Of a stretch of DNA of 58,812 nucleotides, positions 1-9,557 are shown piece after piece (within the stretch, counting starts at the first letter, position 1; the number at the start of each line of letters is the position of its first letter). The notes under the pieces are model-generated. The model was not told where the DNA came from. It made no database searches and saw nothing but the letters and a program-made list of their open reading frames with translations. The DNA comes from Candidatus Alloscybalousia sp. Lineage in GTDB: Bacteria; Bacillota_I; Bacilli_A; RF39; UBA660. The translations under genes and the position numbers were made by a program. The stretch lies in the NCBI GenBank assembly GCA_045595895.1, contig JAZOBJ010000012.1, positions 1 through 58,812 on the forward strand, given 5' to 3'.

Positions 1-137
1 AATGGTCTATCACATCCCTCATCAAAACAATCCAATTTTTCACTACGATTTTGTAGTTTAACAATTAACTCTAATACATTAGCTATGCAGCAATTTTCAC
101 TAGTAGTAGAAATATTGTTATCATTATTAGAACACAT
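1..137 (-). CDS. Cys-rich spore coat/exosporium protein, CotY/CotZ-like (5' part only; runs off the window)
   Basis: The minus-strand ATG at 137 follows AAAGGAGG. The translation MCSNNDNNISTTSENCCIANVLELIVKLQNRSEKLDCFDEGCDRP fits the CotY/CotZ N-terminal pattern ENC.C..V...I...Q.......C...GC. It is not in the ORF track because it is truncated. Confidence 0.4.
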   Translation of the reverse strand, partial: MCSNNDNNISTTSENCCIANVLELIVKLQNRSEKLDCFDEGCDRP

Positions 138-344
138 ATAAATACCTCCTTTCATAGCATTTGATAATTACATACGATAGGTTCCGGCAATAATTCAAGT
201 GATTTTAGTATAAATAATATGTACTCCTATAATTATCTAATATAAGATATTCAAAATTAATAATTTTGGTGTATTATTATTACCCAATTTTAAAAGTACT
301 TTCTTTTTATTAAAAAATATTATATAATGGTAATGGTGATAAAA

Positions 345-659
345 ATGGATTATTTACAGTATGGAATTATCATAGTAGTCTTCATGATAATCTTACTAGC
401 AATTTTAAAATCGATGAAGAAAGATGCCCATCTAGAACTTAATAAATTAGTTGAATATTTAGGTGGTAAAGATAATATTATTTCAACAGAAACTAGTTTA
501 TCTAGATTTAAGGTAACCCTAAAAGATGTTAGTGTCGTAAATAAAGATGCTATCCAAAAACTAGGTGCTAAAGGAATAGTAGAAATCGATAACCAGTTAA
601 AAATCATTTTGGGATCAGATAGTAAACAATTAAAAAAATACATCGATGGTTTAAAATAA
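345..659 (+). CDS. Membrane-anchored PTS EIIB-like domain protein (phospho-Cys replaced)
   Basis: An N-terminal TM helix is followed by GGKDNIISTETSLSRFKVTL...GAKGIVEIDNQLKIILG, which resembles a glucose-class EIIB fold. The start is moved to ATG 345, behind a GGTGAT RBS. Confidence 0.55.
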   Translation: MDYLQYGIIIVVFMIILLAILKSMKKDAHLELNKLVEYLGGKDNIISTETSLSRFKVTLKDVSVVNKDAIQKLGAKGIVEIDNQLKIILGSDSKQLKKYIDGLK

Positions 660-743
660 GACAAAAAACTATTAGTTTTATCAAAATTCGACATTTTTCG
701 ACAAATTAAATACATATAATGGTAATAGAAAGAGGGCCATTAT

Positions 744-1901
744 ATGTATTTTTTTCGTTTAATAGTTTTATTAACCATAATAGTTATAGCAAGTTTTTCA
801 ATTTATGATTATCTAACAACTAAAAACACAATTACTAAAAAAAACACTATCTTAATTTATTTAGCACTAACACAAGCATTAATCACACTATTTAGCAACA
901 ATATGATTTTCTATGTATTTCTAGATTTTTCATGTTTCCTAGGCTATATGTTAAAAAGAAAAAGGGAAGCACTGGTTTTATCAATTATAAACGTAATCTT
1001 TTTAAGTATGACTATAGAAACACCAGTATTTTATTATTTAATATACTTCTTGTATTTTATTGTAGATTACGTACTAACAAAAAACAATAAACAATCATCA
1101 ACTTATCTAATCTCCATAAAAGCTTTCTTAACTAGCTTTATCTACTTCAAGTATTTTGAACAAAACAATCTACAGTTAGGATATATCATTTTTATACTTT
1201 TATATTTCTATTTACTATTAGAAATGGCTTACCATTTCTTTAAAACATATGAAGAAAAGAAAAACAATAACAACCTAATCTTCCAAGTTGCACATGAAGT
1301 AAAAAATCCACTTAGTGTATGTAAGGGATATTTAGATATGTTGGATACTAAAAACAAGGAAAAAGTAAATAAATATATTCCTATTATTAAAAGTGAAATG
1401 AGTAGGGCACTTACAATCATGGATGATTTTTTAAATTTAAAAAGGATAACCATAAATAAAGATATAATGGACTTAATGTTATTATTAGATGACGTAGTAG
1501 CAACAACAGAAACAATTTTAAAAAGTAAAAACATAACTATAAACCTACCGCTAATAGAAGATGAGATATTATTAGAAGCAGATTATGATAGACTAAAACA
1601 AGTATTTATAAATCTAATTAAAAATTCATACGAGGCAAACAGTAAAAATATAGATTTAAATGTTACTACTAAAAAAGATAAAGTAATAATTGAAGTAGTT
1701 GATGATGGTGATGGAATAGAACAAAAAAACTTAAGAAAAATTGGAACAATCTTTTATACAACTAAAGTAAAGGGTAGTGGTATAGGTGTAAGTATGTCAA
1801 AAGAAATTATTAAATTGCACGATGGCGATATAAAATATGAATCTAAAGTAAAAGAGGGAACTAAAGTCACTGTTGTATTACCATATTACGTAAAATTTTA
1901 A
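744..1901 (+). CDS. Orphan membrane sensor histidine kinase
   Basis: It has a polytopic N-terminus, the H-box FQVAHEVKNPLS, the N-box INLIKNSYEA, and the G-boxes DDGDGI and GSGIGV. No response regulator gene is adjacent. Confidence 0.85.
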   Translation: MYFFRLIVLLTIIVIASFSIYDYLTTKNTITKKNTILIYLALTQALITLFSNNMIFYVFLDFSCFLGYMLKRKREALVLSIINVIFLSMTIETPVFYYLIYFLYFIVDYVLTKNNKQSSTYLISIKAFLTSFIYFKYFEQNNLQLGYIIFILLYFYLLLEMAYHFFKTYEEKKNNNNLIFQVAHEVKNPLSVCKGYLDMLDTKNKEKVNKYIPIIKSEMSRALTIMDDFLNLKRITINKDIMDLMLLLDDVVATTETILKSKNITINLPLIEDEILLEADYDRLKQVFINLIKNSYEANSKNIDLNVTTKKDKVIIEVVDDGDGIEQKNLRKIGTIFYTTKVKGSGIGVSMSKEIIKLHDGDIKYESKVKEGTKVTVVLPYYVKF

Positions 1902-1930
1902 ATAAAAAAATACATGATATCATGTATTTT

Positions 1931-2476
1931 TTATATTGGACGATAATCATCTTTATTTTTAAATGGATTTTTAGGATCAATTTTATCCACAAATAGAATT
2001 CCATTTAAATGATCAATTTCATGCTGGAAGGCTATAGCTAATTCCTCACGAGCACGAACTTTAATTTTATTTCCATCCATATCATATCCTTCAACAGTAA
2101 CCCTTGCAAATCTAGGAACAATGCCTTGAGTTTCACGATTAACACTTAAACATCCTTCTCCATCTTCTACATAAATCATCTCTGTAGAATTAGAAATAAT
2201 TTTAGGATTAATCATAATATAAGAATCAAAACCATCATCAACCTCTTGAACAATCACTAAATATCGTTTAGCTACACCAATTTGAATTGCTGCCATCCCC
2301 ATACCAGGTCTTAAATTATATTTCTCAGCATTTTCTTCAATTTGACTATTTACTAGATACTCTTCCATAAGTTCAATATTTTGTATATCTTCATCTGATA
2401 ATGGAAAAGTAACCTCTTGACTAATTAAACGCAAACGTTTATCTTTTTCATCTAAAATATCTTTCATTTTTAACAT
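1931..2476 (-). CDS. def: Peptide deformylase
   Basis: Motifs GMAAIQIG, EGCLS and HEIDHLNG are present. The start is moved to ATG 2476, preceded by GAAGTGGTGA (the track ORF begins at 2545). Confidence 0.93.
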   Translation of the reverse strand: MLKMKDILDEKDKRLRLISQEVTFPLSDEDIQNIELMEEYLVNSQIEENAEKYNLRPGMGMAAIQIGVAKRYLVIVQEVDDGFDSYIMINPKIISNSTEMIYVEDGEGCLSVNRETQGIVPRFARVTVEGYDMDGNKIKVRAREELAIAFQHEIDHLNGILFVDKIDPKNPFKNKDDYRPI

Positions 2477-2575
2477 AGTATCACCACTTCTTCTGTACTG
2501 TATTTTATCATCTTTTCTAAGTTTTGTGAAGAAAAAGTTATCCAAAAGAAAAGAACAGATAAACTGTCCTTAATA

Positions 2576-2749
2576 CTAACGATTAAATCTAGAACCAATA
2601 ACGATTACTAATAAAATAAATAATACTAACACGATAGCATAACTAGAATTGTTTCCACATCCATAACCTGAATAGTATGGAGCATAAGCTGGTTGAGCAT
2701 AACCGCCACATCCGCAATTTGAACCAAAAGAACCTCCGTAATTATACAT
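2576..2749 (-). CDS. YjcZ-like tiny Gly/Cys/Tyr-rich sporulation membrane protein
   Basis: The 57-aa product is MYNYGGSFGSNCGCGGYAQPAYAPYYSGYGCGNN followed by a C-terminal TM helix. The internal ATG sits behind a strong GGAGGGAAAG RBS. Confidence 0.6.
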   Translation of the reverse strand: MYNYGGSFGSNCGCGGYAQPAYAPYYSGYGCGNNSSYAIVLVLFILLVIVIGSRFNR

Positions 2750-2901
2750 AACTTTCCCTCCTTTTTGTTTTCTAATATAAGTTATTCCAAAACCTAAAAA
2801 AGTGTTATTACAAATATCATATGTCAATTAATTTTATTATTATTTAAAAATAGAAAGTTTTATGTTATGATAGATTTATATAGACAGTAAAGGAGGAAAT
2901 T

Positions 2902-4053
2902 ATGAAAAAAATATTAAAAAACATCGATAAACCTTTACTAATAGTATCAACTATATTATTTGTAATTGGACTAATAATGATATTTTCATCATCAAATGTT
3001 ACGGCATTTATGAAATATTCAGCCAGTCCATATAATTATTTCTTTAAACAAGCTATTTTTCTGATTTTAAGTATAGCAGTAAGTTTATTTATCTTACGGT
3101 TTTCCAGTAAAAGTTATCACATTATATTTAATATTTTAGTTTATGTAGTAGCAGGTCTATTAGCATTTGTATTACTTTATGGTTCTGTTAAAAATCAATC
3201 AATACGTTGGATAGATTTAGGTTTTTTCTCAATTCAACCAAGTGAGTTTGCTAAAATAATATTAATGGTTTGGGTAGCATGTTTCTATGATAAACATAAA
3301 GATGATCTTGATAAATATATGAAAGTTTTTTATCCACTAGTAGTATCAGCAGTAATAGCGTTTTTAATTATGATAGCACCAGACCTTGATACAACGATAA
3401 TCTTCGTTTTATTAATAGCCAGTATTTTCTTTATGGCACCAATATCAAAAGAAATAAGAAATAAAGTTTTAATGTTATTAGGTGGACTATTAGCTGTAGT
3501 ATTATTAGTTGCAGTAACAAGTGGAAATAATTTGCTTACACCAGGTCAAAGAAATAGACTTACCAATTTTACTAATCCATGTAGTGAAGAAAAATTCTAT
3601 AGCAGTGGTAACCAAGTATGTAATGGTTATATTGCTATAAATAATGGTGGTTTAACAGGTGTTGGATTAGGAGATAGTACTCAAAAATATTTATATTTAC
3701 CAGAAGCACATACTGATTTTATCTTTGCCATTATTATGGAAGAACTAGGTTTTATTGGGGCAATAGTAATATTTATTTTATATTTCTTACTAATAGGTAG
3801 AATTATTAAAATAGCTAAGGATAGTCACACAACTAGAGGCTTTCTAATATGTATGGGAGTAGCCATGTATATAATACTACATATTGTCGTTAACCTAGGT
3901 GGTATGTTTGGTCTTATGCCAACAACTGGTGTACCATTACCATTCATGAGTTATGGTGGAAGTTTTCTAATGTGTTTAGTATTTGCATTGACATTTGTTC
4001 AAAGAATCAATGTCGAAAACTGTCTATATAAGAAAAAAAACAAAAAAAATTAA
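2902..4053 (+). CDS. SEDS family peptidoglycan glycosyltransferase (FtsW/RodA/SpoVE)
   Basis: The protein is polytopic and carries IQPSEFAKI, LPEAHTDFIFA and PLPFMSYGGS. Confidence 0.9.
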   Translation: MKKILKNIDKPLLIVSTILFVIGLIMIFSSSNVTAFMKYSASPYNYFFKQAIFLILSIAVSLFILRFSSKSYHIIFNILVYVVAGLLAFVLLYGSVKNQSIRWIDLGFFSIQPSEFAKIILMVWVACFYDKHKDDLDKYMKVFYPLVVSAVIAFLIMIAPDLDTTIIFVLLIASIFFMAPISKEIRNKVLMLLGGLLAVVLLVAVTSGNNLLTPGQRNRLTNFTNPCSEEKFYSSGNQVCNGYIAINNGGLTGVGLGDSTQKYLYLPEAHTDFIFAIIMEELGFIGAIVIFILYFLLIGRIIKIAKDSHTTRGFLICMGVAMYIILHIVVNLGGMFGLMPTTGVPLPFMSYGGSFLMCLVFALTFVQRINVENCLYKKKNKKN

Positions 4054-4111
4054 AAAAACTGAAGTAATTTCGGAAAAACTTAAAATAATCTCTATAGGAG
4101 GTTATTTTTTT

Positions 4112-4819
4112 ATGGAAAATTTATATGAATTAAAAGAGTTTTTGCTCGAAAAGAAATACTACATGATTGGAGGAATAATATTTTTGATACTACTAAGTAT
4201 TAGTATATGTTTTAGTTATAATAAATTAACTAAAGAAACTAAAGAAGAAGTCATCGTGTTTAAAGAAGAAAAGAAAGAAGAAATAATAAAAGAAGAAGAC
4301 TGCTACGCAAATGTTGACATAAAAGGGGAAGTGCTAAACCCAGGTCTATATAAAGTTATATGTGATAGTAGAGTTCAGGATGTAATAAATGCATCAGGTG
4401 GCCTTACTAAAGATGGCGATACTTCGTTATTAAACTTAGGTAAAAAAGTTACAGATGAAATGGTAATTATAGTTTATTCAAAGAAAGAAATTGAAAATAT
4501 TAATCAAAACGAAGTTCCAAAAGAGGAAATAAGCATAAACAACACAACTATCAAAAATGATGCGTATATTCAAAATGAGGATTTATTAACTGAAGAAAAT
4601 GAAGTAATTACAGATACCCCAGTTAATGGTTTGATATCATTAAATAGAGCGACTAAAGATGAACTAATGACTTTATCAGGAATAGGTGAAAGTAAAGCTA
4701 AGAGTATTATTAGTTATAGAACTGAAAATGGAAATTTTAAATCTATAGAGGAAATAAAAAATGTAAAAGGTATCGGAGACAGTATCTTTGAAAAAATTAA
4801 AGACAGTATTACACTATAA
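4112..4819 (+). CDS. comEA: Competence protein ComEA (DNA receptor)
   Basis: It has a TM anchor, the SLBB-like VDIKGEVLNPGLYKV, and C-terminal tandem helix-hairpin-helix motifs LSGIGESKAKSII and VKGIGDSIFEKI. The start is moved to ATG 4112, behind GGAGG. Confidence 0.85.
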   Translation: MENLYELKEFLLEKKYYMIGGIIFLILLSISICFSYNKLTKETKEEVIVFKEEKKEEIIKEEDCYANVDIKGEVLNPGLYKVICDSRVQDVINASGGLTKDGDTSLLNLGKKVTDEMVIIVYSKKEIENINQNEVPKEEISINNTTIKNDAYIQNEDLLTEENEVITDTPVNGLISLNRATKDELMTLSGIGESKAKSIISYRTENGNFKSIEEIKNVKGIGDSIFEKIKDSITL

Positions 4820-6881
4820 TTATTTATACATAATTTTAATAATAACTACTTCACTATATAGTTTTATTTATTTAAACTTGTTTAAACCAGAAACGAAACT
4901 AGAACCAAATCAGACTAAAATAGTAGGAGTTATTATTAATATTAAAATATCCAGTAACTTACTAACACTAGAAGTAAAAGAAAAAGAAAAAGTAATAGGA
5001 TATTATTATTTTAAAACAGAAGAAGAAATGAATATTTTTGAAAAAAATTATGAATTAGGAGATACTATTTTGCTAAAAGGAACATTAACCAAACCAACTA
5101 ATAACACAGTACCTAATTTATTTAATTATAAAAAGTATTTAGAAAGAAAGAATATCTTCTATCAGATGAATATTGAAACCTATCAAAAACTAAAAGAAAA
5201 TAGTAATCCCTTATATTTTATAAAAAATGCTATGATAAATCACATCAACACATATCAAACTAAGGATTACTTACACACATTTATATTAGGCAACAATGAT
5301 TTATTAAATCAAGAAACTAATACTAACTACCAAGAAATAGGAATTAGCCACTTATTAGCTATTTCTGGAATGCATATTTCACTATTAAGTAGTATGATAC
5401 TATTTCTATTAAAAAAACTAAAAATAGGGGAAAATAAAGGTTATATAATAACAATTCTATTTCTATTTTTATTTATGTTTTTATCAGGTAATTCACCATC
5501 AGTTAGTAGAAGTGTAATTCTTTTTAGTTTATTAACATTAAATAAAATACTAAAACTAAATATAAAAACACTAAATATTTTAATTATAGTATTTTGTATT
5601 TTAGTAATAGGTAATCCTAATATTTTATTTGATATTGGATTTCAATTTTCATTTATAGTTAGTTTCTACTTAATATTAATTCAAGATAAAATGAAAAATG
5701 ATAACTACATAAAAAGTTTATTAAAAGTATCAGTAATAAGTTTCCTAGTAAGCTTACCAATATCTATTTACTATTTCTATCAAGTTAATATATTAAGTAT
5801 CATCTTTAATTTAATATTCGTACCCCTAGTATCAATAATAATATTCCCATTTTCACTTATAACATTTTTAATACCAATGTTAGATCCTATATTAAAAGTA
5901 CTAATTAACATCATAGAGGATCTAACTGATATCTGTAACCAAATACCTACAGGAAAACTAATATTTGGAAGACCTAGTATTATTTGGATACTTATTTACT
6001 ATGTATTAATAACATTATTTTTATATAAAGGTAAAAAAATGTGTTTATTTCTAACAGTTATATTATTAATAACACAATATTTAAATTTAGTAATATTTTC
6101 CAAAAGCTTTTTAATAGTAATAGACATAGGTCAAGGTGATAGCTCACTAATTTACCATAATAATAAAACAACATTAATAGATACGGGAGGAAAGATAGCA
6201 CTTAATCAGGAAAAATGGAAACAAAGACAAACTAAATCCTTAGCCGATAAAACACAAATTCCATTATTAAAATCTATAGGAATAAAGAAAATAAACAATC
6301 TAGTTTTAACACATGGAGACTTTGATCATATGGGAGAGGCCATTAATTTAGTTAATAATTTTAAGGTAGAAAAAGTAATATTTAATTGTGGTGAGTTTAA
6401 TGAATTAGAACAAGAATTAATAAAAGAATTAGATAAAAGGAAAATACCATATTATTCATGTATTAAAGAATTAAATATTGATGATAACAAATTATATTTT
6501 TTAAACAATAAAGATTACGGTAATGAAAATGATAATTCATCTGTAATTTATACAGAACTTAATAATCATAAATTTCTGTTTATGGGAGATGCAGGAATAG
6601 AAGTAGAAGAAGATTTAATTGAAAAATACAATTTAAAAAATATAGATGTTTTAAAAGTAGGTCATCATGGTAGTAAGACCAGTTCTAGTAAGAATTTTAT
6701 TTATGAAATTGAACCAAAATATTCAATAATTAGTGTTGGAAAGAATAATCGCTATGGTCATCCAAATGACAATGTGTTAGAAAATTTAGAAGGAACGATT
6801 ATTTATAGAACAGATATAGATGGAAGTGTTATGTTCGAAATAAAGAAAAATAAATTAGAGGTTGAAACTTGTACACCATAG
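4788..6881 (+). CDS. comEC: DNA internalisation competence protein ComEC/Rec2
   Basis: A polytopic competence domain (GISHLLAISGMHISLL) is joined to a C-terminal metallo-beta-lactamase domain (LVLTHGDFDHMGE, KVGHHGSKTSS). The start is uncertain and overlaps comEA by 32 nt. Confidence 0.9.
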   Translation: MKKLKTVLHYNYLYIILIITTSLYSFIYLNLFKPETKLEPNQTKIVGVIINIKISSNLLTLEVKEKEKVIGYYYFKTEEEMNIFEKNYELGDTILLKGTLTKPTNNTVPNLFNYKKYLERKNIFYQMNIETYQKLKENSNPLYFIKNAMINHINTYQTKDYLHTFILGNNDLLNQETNTNYQEIGISHLLAISGMHISLLSSMILFLLKKLKIGENKGYIITILFLFLFMFLSGNSPSVSRSVILFSLLTLNKILKLNIKTLNILIIVFCILVIGNPNILFDIGFQFSFIVSFYLILIQDKMKNDNYIKSLLKVSVISFLVSLPISIYYFYQVNILSIIFNLIFVPLVSIIIFPFSLITFLIPMLDPILKVLINIIEDLTDICNQIPTGKLIFGRPSIIWILIYYVLITLFLYKGKKMCLFLTVILLITQYLNLVIFSKSFLIVIDIGQGDSSLIYHNNKTTLIDTGGKIALNQEKWKQRQTKSLADKTQIPLLKSIGIKKINNLVLTHGDFDHMGEAINLVNNFKVEKVIFNCGEFNELEQELIKELDKRKIPYYSCIKELNIDDNKLYFLNNKDYGNENDNSSVIYTELNNHKFLFMGDAGIEVEEDLIEKYNLKNIDVLKVGHHGSKTSSSKNFIYEIEPKYSIISVGKNNRYGHPNDNVLENLEGTIIYRTDIDGSVMFEIKKNKLEVETCTP

Positions 6882-6892
6882 AAAGGAGTAAT

Positions 6893-7777
6893 ATGAATTA
6901 TTATAATGAGATAAAAAATAAATTAATAGATAATGAGATAAACAGAAAAGTAAAAAATTATTCAATTAATAAAAGTGATTTGAATACTTACTATAATGTT
7001 GGAAAAATGTTGAGTGAAGCTGGAAAACAATATGGCGAATCAATTATAAAGAAATATTCAATTAAATTAGTAAGTGAAGTAGATAAAAAATATAATGAAA
7101 CAAATTTGAAAAGAATGAGACAATTTTATTGGAAAGTTGAAAAAGGTGCCACACTGTGGCACCAATTGTCTTGGAGTCATTATAGATTACTTATAACACT
7201 AGAAACTATTGAAGAAATTAATTATTATAGCAAAGTAGCAGTAGAGAGTTTATATTCTGTTAGAAAATTAGAAGATAAAATAAAAAGTAATGAATATAAG
7301 AGACTTCCAGAAGAATTTAAGCTAAAGTTAATAACCAATGATAAAATAAATATAAAAGATTTAGTACCTAATCCAATAATAATTAAAAATAGTAATAATT
7401 ATCAAATTATATCTGAAAAAGTACTTCAAAAATTAATTTTGGAAGATATCGAATCATTTATGAATGAACTTGGTAATTCATTTTGTTTTATAGGAAGTGA
7501 ATATAAAATCAAAATAGATAATAATTTTAATTATATAGATTTATTGCTTTTTAATATTGAATATAATTGTTATGTTGTGGTTGAATTGAAAGTAACGGAA
7601 CTCAAGAAGGAACACATTGGGCAAATACAATTCTATATGAATTATATTGATGCGAATTTAAGAAAAATTAATCAAGGTAAAACTATAGGAATCGTAATTT
7701 GCAAACAGGATAATAAGTATGTAATAAAATATTGTTCAGATGACAGAATTGCTGTTAGAGAATATGAATTAGTGTGA
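6893..7777 (+). CDS. PDDEXK nuclease-like protein, YhcG/DUF1016 family
   Basis: The N-terminal part has YYNVGKML...LKRMRQFYW...LSWSHYRLL. The C-terminal core IDLLLFN...VVVELKV resembles PD-(D/E)xK. The start is moved to ATG 6893, behind GAAAGGAG. Confidence 0.7.
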   Translation: MNYYNEIKNKLIDNEINRKVKNYSINKSDLNTYYNVGKMLSEAGKQYGESIIKKYSIKLVSEVDKKYNETNLKRMRQFYWKVEKGATLWHQLSWSHYRLLITLETIEEINYYSKVAVESLYSVRKLEDKIKSNEYKRLPEEFKLKLITNDKINIKDLVPNPIIIKNSNNYQIISEKVLQKLILEDIESFMNELGNSFCFIGSEYKIKIDNNFNYIDLLLFNIEYNCYVVVELKVTELKKEHIGQIQFYMNYIDANLRKINQGKTIGIVICKQDNKYVIKYCSDDRIAVREYELV

Positions 7778-7801
7778 TATAATATTTATGGAAGTGATAA
7801 T

Positions 7802-8374
7802 ATGTCTTATGAAAAATTATTAGAAATTTTATTATCTAGTGATGTATATAATAAATTAAAGCAAAATGAGGAACATTTATTTGAATTAATTCCTGAATTA
7901 AAAATATGTAAAGGTTTTAATCAAAACAGTAGATGGCATATTTATGATGTTTATGAACATATTTTACATGTTGTATCTGAAGTAGATGATAATATTTACT
8001 TAAGATTATCAGCATTATTTCATGATATTGGAAAACCATTAACATATACAGAAGATGAGAGTGGTGTAGGACATTTTTATAATCATTGGAATAAGTCAGT
8101 TGAAATATTTAATAAATATCAGGGTAAATTTAACTTATCAACTGAAGAAATATCTTTAATTACTAATTTAATTTTTTATCACGATATAAATATTGATAAA
8201 GTTAGTACCGATATGCTTGAGGATATGATAAATAAAATTGGAATATCGAACATAGATTTATTATTCTCATTAAAAAGAGCAGATTTGTTAGCGCAAGCAC
8301 CTGAGTATCATGATTTGCTATCAAATATTAATAATCAAGAAGAGAATATAACTAAAGTTGAAAAACTAAAATAA
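7802..8374 (+). CDS. Stand-alone HD-domain phosphohydrolase (similar to the HD module of some CCA-adding enzymes)
   Basis: Motifs RWHIYDVYEHILHV and LFHDIGKP are present. Confidence 0.65.
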   Translation: MSYEKLLEILLSSDVYNKLKQNEEHLFELIPELKICKGFNQNSRWHIYDVYEHILHVVSEVDDNIYLRLSALFHDIGKPLTYTEDESGVGHFYNHWNKSVEIFNKYQGKFNLSTEEISLITNLIFYHDINIDKVSTDMLEDMINKIGISNIDLLFSLKRADLLAQAPEYHDLLSNINNQEENITKVEKLK

Positions 8375-8401
8375 TACTAATGAATAGAGGTAGTTGTAAT
8401 T

Positions 8402-8977
8402 TTGCAAAAAATAATTAATATAAAAAAATATAACTATGATTGTTGTGAAAACCATTTTTATTTAATAAATGATAATGCAGTAGTATGCTTTTTTCAGGGA
8501 CTGAATCGTGATTTGATATTTTCAATATTATCATTCAAAAATATAAATAAAGTATCTTTTATAGTGAAAAAGGAAGAATTTAAGGAATTATATGATTTAA
8601 TTGATGGTATGATAAATGAAATACATTCTAGAAAAGATATTATAGGATACGAAGAATTATTTGAAAAAGGATTCTTTAGTTGGCAAAGTGATGCACCGGC
8701 CAACGAAGAATCATGGAATACCAACGATATATTTGTCTATAATTATTTTAATATCCTACCCATTGAATCAGCATATAAATTAGAATTTATCAATAGTACC
8801 AACAAAAATAGATTCACTGTAGAAATAAATACTGATAGAAGCAGATATGATAGAATACGCTTTGATGTGTGGGATTTATATAAAGAATTAGAAAATGTAT
8901 GTGATATAGGGGATGAAACGATTCTAAATTCAAATATTAAACAACTCGCATTAAAATACAAAAATATTATACAGTAA
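8402..8977 (+). CDS. Hypothetical protein (TTG start)
   Basis: This is a 191-aa ORF in the same orientation as its neighbours, with AGAGGTAG upstream. I recognise no motif. Confidence 0.45.
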   Translation: MQKIINIKKYNYDCCENHFYLINDNAVVCFFQGLNRDLIFSILSFKNINKVSFIVKKEEFKELYDLIDGMINEIHSRKDIIGYEELFEKGFFSWQSDAPANEESWNTNDIFVYNYFNILPIESAYKLEFINSTNKNRFTVEINTDRSRYDRIRFDVWDLYKELENVCDIGDETILNSNIKQLALKYKNIIQ

Positions 8978-9025
8978 TTTTTTATTTATAAATTTTTATA
9001 TGATATAATATAATAGGTGATGTAA

Positions 9026-9286
9026 ATGAAAAATAAAAAAATAATTTGGATAGTATTATTGGTTGTTGGTATACTAGCTTTTGCTGTACCATTAATAACG
9101 GGAATTTATGATTCAATAAATGGATTTAGTGGATTGTGTTTTATAGCATGTGAAAAATACTACGGGTTTGAAGCATTAAGAGATAGTATCTTTTTATATT
9201 CATACATCCTTTGGCCTACGTATATCATAGGTACTTTTTTTATAGTTTTATCTATAATAAAATTAAAATCTAAAAAAACAAAATAG
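9026..9286 (+). CDS. Small membrane protein (3 predicted TM helices)
   Basis: The ORF follows an AGGTGATG RBS and contains three hydrophobic segments. Confidence 0.5.
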   Translation: MKNKKIIWIVLLVVGILAFAVPLITGIYDSINGFSGLCFIACEKYYGFEALRDSIFLYSYILWPTYIIGTFFIVLSIIKLKSKKTK

Positions 9287-9455
9287 GATTATTATTAATA
9301 GTTCTTTTCCATTTGGAAAGTTGCACATAAATTCAAAATTTTATCATATAATTTAATAATAGCAATAAATAAAAAACAATAAAAAATGTAACTTTTTCTT
9401 TAAAACTGCCATAATATATATTAGGACGCTATAATAAGCGTTTTAATATAGATTA

Positions 9456-9477
9456 GGGGGAGAAAATCCCCCTTTTT
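9456..9477 (+). terminator. Orphan intrinsic terminator-like hairpin in a 270-nt intergenic region
   Basis: GGGGG-agaaaat-CCCCC is followed by TTTTT. It lies 170 nt after the nearest upstream stop and before the promoter of the next gene. Confidence 0.5.
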
Positions 9478-9557
9478 GCTACTTGCATTAATTAGTGATG
9501 TATGGTAATATGATTAAGTAATGAAAAATAAATAGAAATCACCGAGGTGTAGTATAA

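Noticed and set aside
350-1534. Track ORFs 350..715(-) and 1229..1534(-).
   Set aside because: They lie antisense within the EIIB-like and histidine kinase genes, which have clear domain signatures. Their composition is hydrophobic and low-complexity, typical of reverse frames of AT-rich genes, and they have no RBS.
4788-4819. The 32-nt overlap between comEA and comEC as a possible frameshift, fusion or pseudogene.
   Set aside because: Both reading frames are intact with full domain complements. The overlap most likely reflects an uncertain comEC start (a downstream non-ATG start is possible) and not a disruption.
8494-8961. Track ORFs 8494..8724(-) and 8743..8961(-).
   Set aside because: They are antisense to the 191-aa plus-strand ORF, which matches the orientation of the whole islet. 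Neither has an RBS. The plus-strand ORF is itself only moderately supported.
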